Shown: positions 24,863-33,890, numbered from the stretch's first letter. The stretch is 41,277 bases of DNA from Gammaproteobacteria bacterium (GCA_047516145.1 JAKZVH010000359.1:1-41277); one strand, 5' to 3'. Notes: a model not told the origin generated them from the letters alone. Program-made: numbers and translations.

Positions 24863-26308
24863 TCAAAAAATGCCCGGCGCCGCCGGTCCCATCGGCAGAA
24901 CCGAGCCGTTGACCTCGATCACGCCGTTGTCGTAGGACCCTCGGAATCGATATCCCGATCCGGTTTCCTCAAGTATGCCCTGGCTCACCAGCCCGATCAG
25001 GGCCCCGCGAGCCTGAGCTTCCTCTGCGGGACTGAGTTGCCCCACGGCAGTATCCTCGCCCACGCCGCCGGCCGTAGCCGGGGTGGCAGTCCTGGCTAGA
25101 ACAACTCGAACGGCAATCCACTGGGCAAGATCGCGGTCCACGTCCAGTTCCGCGTCCACCGAGATCAGGCGGGGCCAGAGGCTCGAATTCAGCAGGGTGA
25201 ACTGCGATTGCGCCGGCAGCATCTCGTTATCGAAGCGGATGTTGACCGTGGTGTTGGAAGCCCCACCGTTCAGGTTGAAGCTGATGGGGCCGTACGTCAG
25301 CTCCGGCTCCGCCTCGATGAGTCGATAGACCAACCGCTCAACCTCGAGTACCAACGCCTCCGGGTCGAGAGTCACCGGATCGGCTCCCAGGAACCCCATG
25401 GCAAATTCCTGGTAGTCAATCAGTGCGTCCAGACTCAAGTTCCGCGCGGACATGTCGAATCTGGCGTCGGTGACGTTCATTCCCCCCACACTCAATGAAT
25501 CCGCAAACATTGCCGAGCTACCGTCGATTCGGTCACCGGCTTCATTCAATTCGGATTGGCCGCTCAGGCCAATATGGTCGGCGGCAATGGCTACGCCGCT
25601 GCCCGTAGCCGTGCCTTGCACTCGCCCGACCGAAAGATCCGTGGAGCCCGTCCACACGAACGGCGCGATTCGGGTCAAATCCACGGCGATGGCCAGATCC
25701 TCGGCCGTGAACGCCGTGTCCGCGGCCGCCAATTCGATCCGGTCCACGCGAGTCTCGCCGACCTGGCGCTGCCGCGCCGTGTTGAACGTGCCCTGACCGA
25801 CTATGCCCGATGAGCTGAAGGTCACTGCCGGCATCGCCACCGCCATCGGCGGCAATGTCCACCGCAACGAAGTCTCGCTTGAGAACCCGATTCGAGCGCG
25901 CACTTCGCCGGGTTCATCCATTCCGAGCCCGGCGAGCAGCGTGTCGAGCCCCGGGGTCCGCGGGTCCACGCGAAGCACCGCATCGGCCACACCGATGCCA
26001 ACGCCTCCGTCGGCAAACACGGGTCCGTGGGTGATGTCTACCGTCACGTCGATCGATTGGTCGAGCAGGCCCCGGTCGAATGGATCGACCGGGAGCGCGT
26101 CGAAGATTTCGCCGGGCGCCACAGCGAGCGTCGCGTGACTGCTTCTCCAGCCGCGCCGGTAGTCGGTGACCGCGAGTCGTATAAGCGTTTCGTCGCCAAG
26201 GGTTGTGGCCAGCGCCGTGATGCGACTCTGCGCCAGCACGCCGAGAAGCGCGGGGGATCCACCGGCAACGAGGGCGAGCAGGATTACGGCGGCAGCGGTT
26301 TTCTTCAT
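24863..26308 (-). CDS. YdgA-like (DUF945) envelope protein
   Basis: 481 aa with an N-terminal signal/anchor (MKKTAAAVILLALVAGG). The early ..YRRGWRSSHATL.. and the C-terminal ..YDNGVIEVNGSVLP.. resemble E. coli YdgA (YHRGVFSS.. and YANGQITLNGQKMS). AGGA lies 8 nt upstream of the ATG. Confidence 0.5.
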   Translation of the reverse strand: MKKTAAAVILLALVAGGSPALLGVLAQSRITALATTLGDETLIRLAVTDYRRGWRSSHATLAVAPGEIFDALPVDPFDRGLLDQSIDVTVDITHGPVFADGGVGIGVADAVLRVDPRTPGLDTLLAGLGMDEPGEVRARIGFSSETSLRWTLPPMAVAMPAVTFSSSGIVGQGTFNTARQRQVGETRVDRIELAAADTAFTAEDLAIAVDLTRIAPFVWTGSTDLSVGRVQGTATGSGVAIAADHIGLSGQSELNEAGDRIDGSSAMFADSLSVGGMNVTDARFDMSARNLSLDALIDYQEFAMGFLGADPVTLDPEALVLEVERLVYRLIEAEPELTYGPISFNLNGGASNTTVNIRFDNEMLPAQSQFTLLNSSLWPRLISVDAELDVDRDLAQWIAVRVVLARTATPATAGGVGEDTAVGQLSPAEEAQARGALIGLVSQGILEETGSGYRFRGSYDNGVIEVNGSVLPMGPAAPGIF

Positions 26309-26450
26309 GGCCGGATCCTGGATTCGGCGCCTGAACGTCTTCGCGACGATACTCGGTTAGCGATGCGGCCTTGCGGCTGACTGCATCCATTCCATGGGAC
26401 TTGCCGACGCCCTGAAAGTTCAGCTTTCGACCGGCGGAGCGGAAGACCGG

Positions 26451-28520
26451 TCAGAACAGCCATTTGGCGCCTACGCGAACCGTGCGCGGCTCGGTGGCTC
26501 GGCTCATCCGGCAATTCACGGTGGCGCAGTCGATATCCTCGGAAGTCAGGCCCGGAGGATCGAAACCCTCCACGTAGGCTTCGTACAAGTAAACGATGTC
26601 CTTGCCGTCGTTGTCCAGGAGATTGAACAGTTCCGCGTAGAGCGTGACGGAACCGAGCCGGTAGGATCCGCGGAGGTTGACCGTGGTGCTCGACCCGGCA
26701 CGGTGCTCGTTGTCGGGCGTCAGGGCGTAGGGGCCCAGGTAGCGAACCCGCAGCGCCGCTTCCCAGTTGTCCCTGACGGCGGAAAAGCCGATCTGGCTGG
26801 CATTCTCAAGCGACCCCTCGATGTGCCGGCCGTCCGGATTATCCACGTAGTGGGCCTGGTTATCGGTGAACACGGCATCGATCCCGAGCCAGGCCAGGGG
26901 CTTCCAGAACATCGTCAACTCGTATCCTTCCCGGTTCGATCCGCCCCGGGGTTCCACGGAGTTGGAATCGCCGACAAAGATGAGTTCGCTGTCCAGGTCG
27001 AGCCACCGGTAGGTGGTGGTCAACTTGATGTCGCCGAACTCGAACCGGGCACCGGCCTCGTAGCCCGTGCCCGGGGCCAGCCCTTGCAGCGGGTCCAGGT
27101 GGTTGACGACCCCGCGCGCGTCGTTGGAATGGAATCCACGCCCCCAACTCGCGTAAAGCTCAACGTGGTTGGACGCCGCGTAGGCGAGACCGGCGCTGGG
27201 CGAGACCAGACTGTCGCTGGCACTGCCCGCAAAGCTGGTCGGGTTGATCGCGTCGGCATCGAAGTCGTCGTTGTCGGCGCGCAACCCGGCGAGCAATCGC
27301 AGGTCCGGCGTGGGTAGCCAGGTCCCTTCCGCGTACAGGCCGAGGGACGTTTCCTTGACGGTGTTGTTGCTGATGTTGGCGATGAATTGCCCGGATTCGT
27401 TCTCGTCCAGCCCCACCGGGCCGATGTCGTCATGGCGAAATTCCGCGCCCACATCGAAACCCAGGTCGTACCGGTCGATCAGGGTGCGGTTGAAGCGCCC
27501 GCCCGCGGTCACTCGACGGTCGAACTGGTTAATCTGCGCATCGTAGGTCGGGTTCGACTGCATGTGCCAGTCGTAGAACTGAAGGTAAGCTGACGCGTCC
27601 CATTCGACGGCGGTCAGCTGCGTGCCGGCAATCCACCGGCGGGTGTTGCCGGCGGCGGTTGGATCCAGCGAACAGTACGCGTCGGGGCAGACCGAACTGC
27701 CGATGGTTCGTTCCGGAACCTGCTCGGTCGGATGCCAGTCTCCCTCGTAACCGGACAGGGTGAAGGAAACCGAGCCGAAGTCGGTGGGCTTGAGGTATTT
27801 CCCCTAAACCGAGACGTGTTTCAGGTCCTCGTCCCGCTGCCATGGGCCACCGCAGGTCTTGAATTCTCCGACGGTGGTCAGGGCGCCGTCGCCGATCCCG
27901 GTGGTCGAGCCCGCCGCAAGCCGGCCCCAATTGTTCTCCCCGCTCTCAAGCGAGAGAAAATTGCTATCCAGCCGGTCGATGGTGCGGATGAACGAAGCCG
28001 CCGCCATGGAGAAATCCCCGACATCGGCGCGGTAGGGCCCCTTGCCGTAATCGATTCGGTCGACGATCTCGGGCAGAAGCCCGTTCACATCCAGATAGCC
28101 CTGGCCGTGGCCATGGGAGCGCAGGTTCCACGGCACCCCGTCGATGTACGTGGTGAAGTCGGTGCCGTGATCCAGGTTGAACCCGCGCAGGAAATACTGG
28201 TTGGCCTTGCCGCTGCCGGAGTGCTGCACCGCGACCATCCCGGGGACCGCCTCCAGCAGTTCCGCCACGCGCAGCAGGGGGCGCACCAGGAGATCGGCGC
28301 CGCCCACGGAGCCTTCGCTGGCGGCCCGGGCGGATCCGACCGGTTCGGTGTTGCGGCCGAATACGATAACCTCTTCCATCGCGCCTGCGCCGCTGGTGAC
28401 CGTCTGCGCGCCTCCCGTCCCGGTGACCAGCATTGCCGGGAGACACGCAATCAGCGTCGTCACCGCGATCGGATCGGCGGCAGAAGTAGAGCATCGGCGA
28501 GCGATGCGGTCTCGATCCAT
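26451..28520 (-). pseudogene. TonB-dependent receptor interrupted by one in-frame TAG (27806-27804)
   Basis: ORFs 27804..28520 and 26451..27563 are in the same frame. The first carries the plug (EEVIVFGRN, NQYFLRGFNLDHGTD, GHGQGYLDVN). The second carries the barrel and ends ..VRVGAKWLF. My manual translation of 27803-27564 shows no further stop (GKYLKPTDFGSVSFTLSGYEGDWHPTEQ..YLQFYDWHMQSN), so a single TAG separates the two halves. Confidence 0.75.
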
Positions 28521-28609
28521 GGCAGCGGATTCCTCATGGGCGGCGGGCAGGCCTCCCCGCCGGAGCGATTCAGGGTGAGGGTTCCACCCGGGATTTGTAA
28601 GTTCAGGAA

Positions 28610-28639
28610 GGTTCGTTAACTGTTAACGGAACCGTTAAC
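28610..28639 (-). promoter_or_regulatory. Triple GTTAAC motif / imperfect 11-bp-arm dyad upstream of the TonB receptor gene
   Basis: GTTAAC occurs at 28615-20, 28622-27 and 28634-39. CGTTAACTGTTAACG (28614-28628) is a perfect palindrome. It extends to GGTTCGTTAAC-T-GTTAACGGAACC with one bulged base. The element lies 90-120 nt upstream of the ATG at 28520. Confidence 0.4.
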
Positions 28640-28641
28640 CG

Positions 28642-28658
28642 GCGCCCGCGGCGGGCGC
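28642..28658 (-). terminator. GC-rich hairpin immediately after the stop of the 132-aa gene
   Basis: GCGCCCGC-G-GCGGGCGC forms perfect 8-nt arms beginning 4 nt after the stop codon (28665-28663). There is no clear U-tract, so terminator activity is uncertain. Confidence 0.3.
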
Positions 28659-28662
28659 GAAG

Positions 28663-29061
28663 TCACTGCCGGGTGCGAAATATCTCGCGGGTTGGATCGC
28701 GCTCGCGCACCACCATGCCATCTTCGCGAACGGCTTCGACAAAGCGCAGGTTTCTCTCCCGGTAGCCCACGCGCCCGGTCAGTTGAATTTCCATGCCTTC
28801 CTGCAACCATTCGAGTTCAAAGCCCTGGCGCTGGAGCGCGATCAGGGCAAGGAGTTCCACCAGCCATTCCTCGGTGTCGCCGGCTTCGTTTTCGACCTGC
28901 AGAACGAAGGTGCAATGCGGATTCACCCAGCGTAGATCCGTGATCGTGCCGTCGAGCACGATTTCTTCCCGGGAAAAATTCAGCGCCACCGAATGGTGTG
29001 CCTGCAGCGTGACCGGCACGCAAGAAACAAGTCCAATCAGTAGCAGTCGAAGTATCGTCAT
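28663..29061 (-). CDS. Small secreted protein, DUF6152-like, with predicted mature N-terminus HHS
   Basis: Signal peptide MTILRLLLIGLVSCVPVTLQA followed by HHSVALNF..G.I..L.WVNPH. It is a paralog of 34008..34448. The DUF6152 name is from memory and has not been searched. Confidence 0.7.
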   Translation of the reverse strand: MTILRLLLIGLVSCVPVTLQAHHSVALNFSREEIVLDGTITDLRWVNPHCTFVLQVENEAGDTEEWLVELLALIALQRQGFELEWLQEGMEIQLTGRVGYRERNLRFVEAVREDGMVVRERDPTREIFRTRQ

Positions 29062-29071
29062 TGTCGGTGCC

Positions 29072-29761
29072 CTATCCCTGCTGCTCCGGAGGGTCGGGAA
29101 TGCAACCGTAGACGGTGAATGCGAAGTCCGACCTCAAGTAGCGATTCGTCGATTCGAGCGGGGCCGCGAGGGTGATGGGATCGACATAGCGGATTTCCAC
29201 TACCAGTCGATCCTGTTCATCCCTGTGGATGCGCTCGATGCTGCGCAACGCTTCGGATTGGGGGAAATAGCGCAGCAACGTGGTGATATAGCCCGGCGCG
29301 TAGCCGAGCGTTTCGATGACCAGGGCATCGACGTCGTACCAGCCGATGGAATGCCCCATCGTCGGCATGGGCTCGCCGTCAAGATTGACCGTGCTGGGTT
29401 CGGGCTGCGGCGGGTGACCGCGCTGATCGAGGTGGACCGTTCGCGTCAGGTCGAACATCTCGTAGCGGATGACCACTCGGTCCTCGAACTGGCTGATCTC
29501 CACCGTTGTATCGGGTTCGTCCCACGCCCTGCCGAGACCGGATGGCACGCAAAAGTAGCTGGGATCGTCAGTCGACGGGTTGTATGCGTCGGTACGGCGT
29601 TGTCCTTCCTCGGTGTATCGGGGCTCGGAGTATTGCCGGAACAGGGAGGGGTCGATGCCCCACACACCCTCCAGATCGGGCTCGGCGACCGCCGCGCACC
29701 ACGGAACGAGCCATCCGCCAATCAGGAAACCAACGATGTGTCTGAAGCGATTTCTTGCCAT
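29072..29761 (-). CDS. Secreted protein of unknown function
   Basis: ORF 29072..29821 was trimmed to the ATG at 29761. The signal peptide is MARNRFRHIVGFLIGGWLVPWCAAVA. Conserved-looking blocks include EGVWG, DDPSYFCVPSGLGR and GHSIGWYDVDALVIETLG. It ends 10 nt upstream of the DUF6152-like gene. Confidence 0.65.
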   Translation of the reverse strand: MARNRFRHIVGFLIGGWLVPWCAAVAEPDLEGVWGIDPSLFRQYSEPRYTEEGQRRTDAYNPSTDDPSYFCVPSGLGRAWDEPDTTVEISQFEDRVVIRYEMFDLTRTVHLDQRGHPPQPEPSTVNLDGEPMPTMGHSIGWYDVDALVIETLGYAPGYITTLLRYFPQSEALRSIERIHRDEQDRLVVEIRYVDPITLAAPLESTNRYLRSDFAFTVYGCIPDPPEQQG

Positions 29762-29795
29762 GGTGCTGCGCCAGCGCTTCGCCATTATATTCGGA

Positions 29796-30641
29796 CTACG
29801 GAGTGGCGGGGACGTTTTCATGAATTCTGGAACTCAGCGGGAACCCGGGGCTATCCAGCTCCCGTACGTTCACGACGACTGGCAGAGTAAAGGGATCGCC
29901 GAGGCGAGCGGGCAGCAACGACGTAACCCAGATACGGCCGACGCCCCTGGCCGACGCCGTCAACGTCCTGCCGTCGCGTTCGAAGGCCGCCATGTCCACG
30001 AAACCTTGCGGGCCTTCGAGTTCGAGCCGCAGCGGCGCCCGTTCCACCAATTCGCCCGAGGCATTGTAGGCTCGGACGGTGAGTTCAGCCAGATCGAACG
30101 ACTCACCCACCCTGAGTTCCACGACCGTGGGCTCGATCTCAAGCCGATTGACCCGCATCCCCAGGCTTGCGCCCAGGGCGGGTTGAGCGCCGAAGGTCAA
30201 TTCGATGCCGCTGTCGTCGCGGCGCGTGGAGAACGCGTCGTGCAGGGGCGCCTTGAACACGGGGGTCGGCGCCCGGGACGCGCGGCGCTGCGGGATCACC
30301 CGACCGCCGGGTCCGATCGCCCAGGGCTCGTCGGGATCGAGTCGAGGGTTGCGGGGATCGATCGCGACGATGGCGACGATGGGATCGAAACCCGGCGGAA
30401 ACACCGGCGTCGTGTCCGCGTCGATTTCCGGATCGTCACTTGCCGCGATCTCCGGGTCGATTGCGCTGTGCGGATCGGGCAGCTCCACCGACTGAGCTGC
30501 CGCCGGCCCGGCCAGGCACCACCACAGCACCGCCAACCCCGCGGCTCCCGGAATCGGCAGCGATTTTCGCCTGGGACTCACAGGCGGCTCCATGGTGGAC
30601 GGCGCACGCGATACAGTCATGGGATTATTCCGCACCCTCAC
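29796..30641 (-). CDS. Secreted protein of unknown function, with an Asp/Pro-rich linker and a possible Ig-like C-terminal domain
   Basis: Signal peptide ..RRKSLPIPGAAGLAVLWWCLAGPAAA-QS. The true start is probably the ATG at 30593 or 30620 rather than 30641, which overlaps the mscS-family gene. The C-terminal LEIEPTVVELRVGESFDLAELTVRAYNASGELV resembles Big_2-type strands. Confidence 0.6.
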   Translation of the reverse strand: MRVRNNPMTVSRAPSTMEPPVSPRRKSLPIPGAAGLAVLWWCLAGPAAAQSVELPDPHSAIDPEIAASDDPEIDADTTPVFPPGFDPIVAIVAIDPRNPRLDPDEPWAIGPGGRVIPQRRASRAPTPVFKAPLHDAFSTRRDDSGIELTFGAQPALGASLGMRVNRLEIEPTVVELRVGESFDLAELTVRAYNASGELVERAPLRLELEGPQGFVDMAAFERDGRTLTASARGVGRIWVTSLLPARLGDPFTLPVVVNVRELDSPGFPLSSRIHENVPATP

Positions 30642-31944
30642 CCGATAGTTCTCGCCGCGACGGATCCATGATGAGCTGGCGATGGGGATACGGAATCTGG
30701 ATCCCGTGTTCCTTGAACGCGTCCCACAGCGCCAGCAATACCTTGCCCCGGATGTTGGTCAGCCCGCTTTGCGGATCGCTGATCCAGAAGCGCAGCTTGA
30801 AGTCCAGCGACGAATCCCCGAATCCCGTGAGCCAGCAAACAGGGGCTCGATAGCTGGTAGCCACTCGACCCACGCTCGCGGTCGCCTCGATGGCGATGCG
30901 GGCAACTTCGTGGGGGTCGGAGTTGTAGGCGACCCCGAAGGGAACATCGAGCCGGACGAATTTATCGGAGAACGACCAGTTGATCACTTGGGTGGTGATG
31001 AAGTCCTCGTTGGGTATGAGGAATTCGCGGCCGTCACGCGTGACCACGGAGACGAAGCGGGCACGAAGCTCCCGTATCCAACCGAACGTCTCGCCGAGCG
31101 TGACGGTATCGCCTGGCTTGATCGACTGGTCCATGAGGATGATGATCCCGGAGATGAAATTGGAGACGACCTTCTGCAATCCAAAACCGATGCCGACGCC
31201 GACGGCGCCGGAGAGCACGGTGAACGCGGTGAGGTCGATTCCGAGGCCGGACAGCGCCACCATGGCGGCGATCACGATCAACGTGATCCGCATGATCTTG
31301 CCGATCAGGACACGCAGCGACGGCGTCAGATCCTCGATACTCTGGATGCGCCGGTCGAGGAAATTCCCGACCGTCAGCGACAGCCAAAGCAGCACGCCCA
31401 GCAGGAAGACCGCCTGCACCACGCTCAGGAGCGAAAGGCGGAACGAACCGAGGGTGAAGCCGGCGCCGTCCAGCAATGCGGATACGTCGTCCGCCATCCC
31501 GAGTACTGCCGCGGCGACATACAACCAGGCAATGAGGGCGAACGCGCGGCCGATCGCGCGACTGCGGATCACGTGGGAGACAACCGTGATCACCAGCCAC
31601 GCCGCCGCCAGCAACATGGCGCTGTAGACCAGGTAGTTGCTCGCGGGCCACTGTGCGGCGGTCGTCCCCAGGTAGGCGCCGGCCAGGAGGGTTACGAAGA
31701 ACAACCACTCGAGCCGATTCAGGAACCCGTTCACCAGCCGCAGCACGCCCGGCACGCCCGGCATGCCCTTGAGGTCGCCGGCCCACGCCACGAGCCGCGG
31801 TTCGACCCGCCAAGACAGCACCAGCGCCGGCAGGAACAGGACGGTGATCATCGCGAGCTGGATGAGGACCGCAGGGCTGCCGACAAGGCCCCACGCGCGC
31901 AGGCCGTAGTCGGCGAGAGTGGAAATGATCTGCTCCCAGTTCAT
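30625..31944 (-). CDS. Mechanosensitive ion channel (MscS family)
   Basis: Multiple N-terminal TM helices, then the MscS core GLQKVVSNFISGIIILMDQSIKPGDTV..GWIRELRARFVSVVTRDGREFLIPN. Confidence 0.88.
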   Translation of the reverse strand: MNWEQIISTLADYGLRAWGLVGSPAVLIQLAMITVLFLPALVLSWRVEPRLVAWAGDLKGMPGVPGVLRLVNGFLNRLEWLFFVTLLAGAYLGTTAAQWPASNYLVYSAMLLAAAWLVITVVSHVIRSRAIGRAFALIAWLYVAAAVLGMADDVSALLDGAGFTLGSFRLSLLSVVQAVFLLGVLLWLSLTVGNFLDRRIQSIEDLTPSLRVLIGKIMRITLIVIAAMVALSGLGIDLTAFTVLSGAVGVGIGFGLQKVVSNFISGIIILMDQSIKPGDTVTLGETFGWIRELRARFVSVVTRDGREFLIPNEDFITTQVINWSFSDKFVRLDVPFGVAYNSDPHEVARIAIEATASVGRVATSYRAPVCWLTGFGDSSLDFKLRFWISDPQSGLTNIRGKVLLALWDAFKEHGIQIPYPHRQLIMDPSRRELSGEGAE

Positions 31945-31954
31945 GGCTTACCCG

Positions 31955-33322
31955 TTACAGCAGCAGCACTGCGGCCAGTCCCAGAAAAACGTAGAACCCC
32001 ACCATATCCGTGACCGATGTCAAGAGCGCGCTCGAGGCCACGGCGGGGTCGAAACCGAGTCGCTGGAGCACCACGGGCAGCACGCTTCCGGTGAGCCCGG
32101 CCGCGAGGAAATTGATGCCCGTGGCGAGGGCGATGACGCCGCCGAGTGCCGGGCTCGAGAACCACACCCACGCCACGCCGCCGATCAGAATGGCGAAGAG
32201 CAACCCGTTGATGCCGCTCACCAGAAGCTCCTTGCGGATCGCACGCACGGCATTCACTGGCGTCAGCTCCTTTACCGCGATGGCGCGCACGGCGACGGTG
32301 AGCGCCTGAATACCCGCCGTCCCGCCCATGGTCGCAACGATGGGCATGAGGATGGCCAGCGCCACCAGTTCCTCGATCGTGCCGGCGAATACGCTGATGA
32401 CCCCCGCGGTGGCGATGGCGGCGACGAGGTGGATCATCAGCCAGATAAATCGGGAACGCGTCGTATCCATGATCGCCTGGAAGAGATTGTCTTCCGAACC
32501 GACGCCGGCGAGTGCCATGATGTCCTCTTCGTGCTCCTCGTGAATGACGTCGACCACGTCGTCGACGGTGATCGCGCCCAGAAGCCGCCCCTCCGCGTCG
32601 ACCACCGGCGCGGAAATCAGGTCTCGCTGCCGGAACAGGAAGGCCACTTCTTCCTGGTCCATGTCGGCGGGAATGATTCGCAGATCCGCGCGCGCGATCG
32701 CGGTGAGCGCAACGCCACGGGGAGTTCGCAGAACCCGGCTCAGCGGGATCGTGCCGATGGGACGACAGGTTTGGTCGATCAGGAACAGATCGAAAAAGTC
32801 AGCCGGCAGATCCTCCCCGTCACGCAGGTAGTCGATGGCCTGGCCGACGTTCCAGTTGTCCGGCAGCGCCACCACCTGGCGCTGCATGAGCCGCCCGGCG
32901 CTATCCTCGGGGAAGGCCAGCCCTTCCTGGATCCGTGTGCGGCGGATTTGGGGCAGCACATCCAGAAAGGCCTGCTGCGCGTCCGCATCGAGCGCCTCGA
33001 CGATCTCGACCGCATCGTCGGTCGGCATGGACGCCACCGCTTCGGCCGCTTGGGCCAGCCCGAGTTGCCGGATCACGCGTTCGGCCACGGCATCGCCGAG
33101 TTCCGCAAGAATTCGGGGATCGAACGGCTCGCGCAGCGTGTCCACCAGACTTTCCCGCTCCACCCGGGACACCCGTTCCAGCAAGTCGGCGCTGTCGGAC
33201 GGGTGCAGCGACTGCACCAGTTGTCCGGCCGTCTCCAACTCGCCGGCCCGCAGCGCCTCGATGACTTCGGCGACCGAGGCCGCCGGGAGCGCACCCTTAT
33301 CGTCGTTGCGGTCAAATTTCAT
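31955..33322 (-). CDS. mgtE: Magnesium transporter MgtE
   Basis: MgtE N-domain, CBS pair (..ISAPVVDAEGRLLGAITVDDVVDVIHEEHEEDI) and a C-terminal five-TM channel domain. The start was chosen at the ATG at 33322. The longer ORF from 33370 would overlap the divergent gene. Confidence 0.9.
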   Translation of the reverse strand: MKFDRNDDKGALPAASVAEVIEALRAGELETAGQLVQSLHPSDSADLLERVSRVERESLVDTLREPFDPRILAELGDAVAERVIRQLGLAQAAEAVASMPTDDAVEIVEALDADAQQAFLDVLPQIRRTRIQEGLAFPEDSAGRLMQRQVVALPDNWNVGQAIDYLRDGEDLPADFFDLFLIDQTCRPIGTIPLSRVLRTPRGVALTAIARADLRIIPADMDQEEVAFLFRQRDLISAPVVDAEGRLLGAITVDDVVDVIHEEHEEDIMALAGVGSEDNLFQAIMDTTRSRFIWLMIHLVAAIATAGVISVFAGTIEELVALAILMPIVATMGGTAGIQALTVAVRAIAVKELTPVNAVRAIRKELLVSGINGLLFAILIGGVAWVWFSSPALGGVIALATGINFLAAGLTGSVLPVVLQRLGFDPAVASSALLTSVTDMVGFYVFLGLAAVLLL

Positions 33323-33359
33323 ACTGGGACTATAATGCGGTTCGACTGTCGCTGATACG

Positions 33360-33890
33360 GTGACCGACATGAGAAATATGATCCCGGCCCTGTTCCTGGC
33401 AGGCTCGTTCTCGCTCTGTGGTGCGGTGCTTGCGCAGGACTCCCCGGCCGGCGACGAGACGGACCCGGATGAGGTTGTCGAGGCGGACTATTCGCTCGAT
33501 CGCGAGGGCGAGCGGTGCATCAATACCAGGGCGATCCGTGACACGGACATTGTCGATGAACGCACCATCCTTTTCGAGATGCGTGGCGGCGTCCACTACG
33601 TCAATTACCTGCGCCACGACTGCCGGAGTCTGCTGCGCGAGGAGCGCTTTTCGTACCGGATCACCGGAGGACGCCTGTGCTCGGTGGATACGATCCGCGT
33701 GCTCGAAGATTTCGGGGGATTCATCCAGGAGGGCATGTCCTGCGGACTGGGATCCTTTTACCCCATCACCGAGGAGGAAGCCGAGATTCTCGCCCTCGAG
33801 CCCGAGGAGCGCCGTGGCCGACCGCAGTTCCGGGTGGTGAATCCCAATGCAGGCGAGGTGGATGAAGAGGCGGACGAGCGCGCCGAATAA
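33360..33890 (+). CDS. Small secreted Cys-containing protein, DUF6491-like
   Basis: Signal peptide (MTD)MRNMIPALFLAGSFSLCGAVLA-QD. The pattern C-INTRAIRDTDIVDERTILF..G..Y.N.L...C..L....RFSY....GRLC..D.I matches my recollection of DUF6491. It has an acidic C-terminal tail. The start may be the ATG at 33369. Confidence 0.6.
   Translation: MTDMRNMIPALFLAGSFSLCGAVLAQDSPAGDETDPDEVVEADYSLDREGERCINTRAIRDTDIVDERTILFEMRGGVHYVNYLRHDCRSLLREERFSYRITGGRLCSVDTIRVLEDFGGFIQEGMSCGLGSFYPITEEEAEILALEPEERRGRPQFRVVNPNAGEVDEEADERAE

Noticed and set aside
28521-28662. A Fur, Zur or other classical metal box upstream of the second TonB-dependent receptor. The region 22413-22589 upstream of btuB was checked as well.
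   Set aside because: Nothing resembling the GATAATGATAATCATTATC-type consensus is present. The only symmetric element is the GTTAAC dyad, which is reported separately as unexplained.
33323-33368. An Mg-sensing M-box riboswitch upstream of mgtE.
   Set aside because: Only about 46 nt separate mgtE from the divergent gene. That is far too short for an M-box (well over 100 nt), and no conserved M-box blocks were seen.
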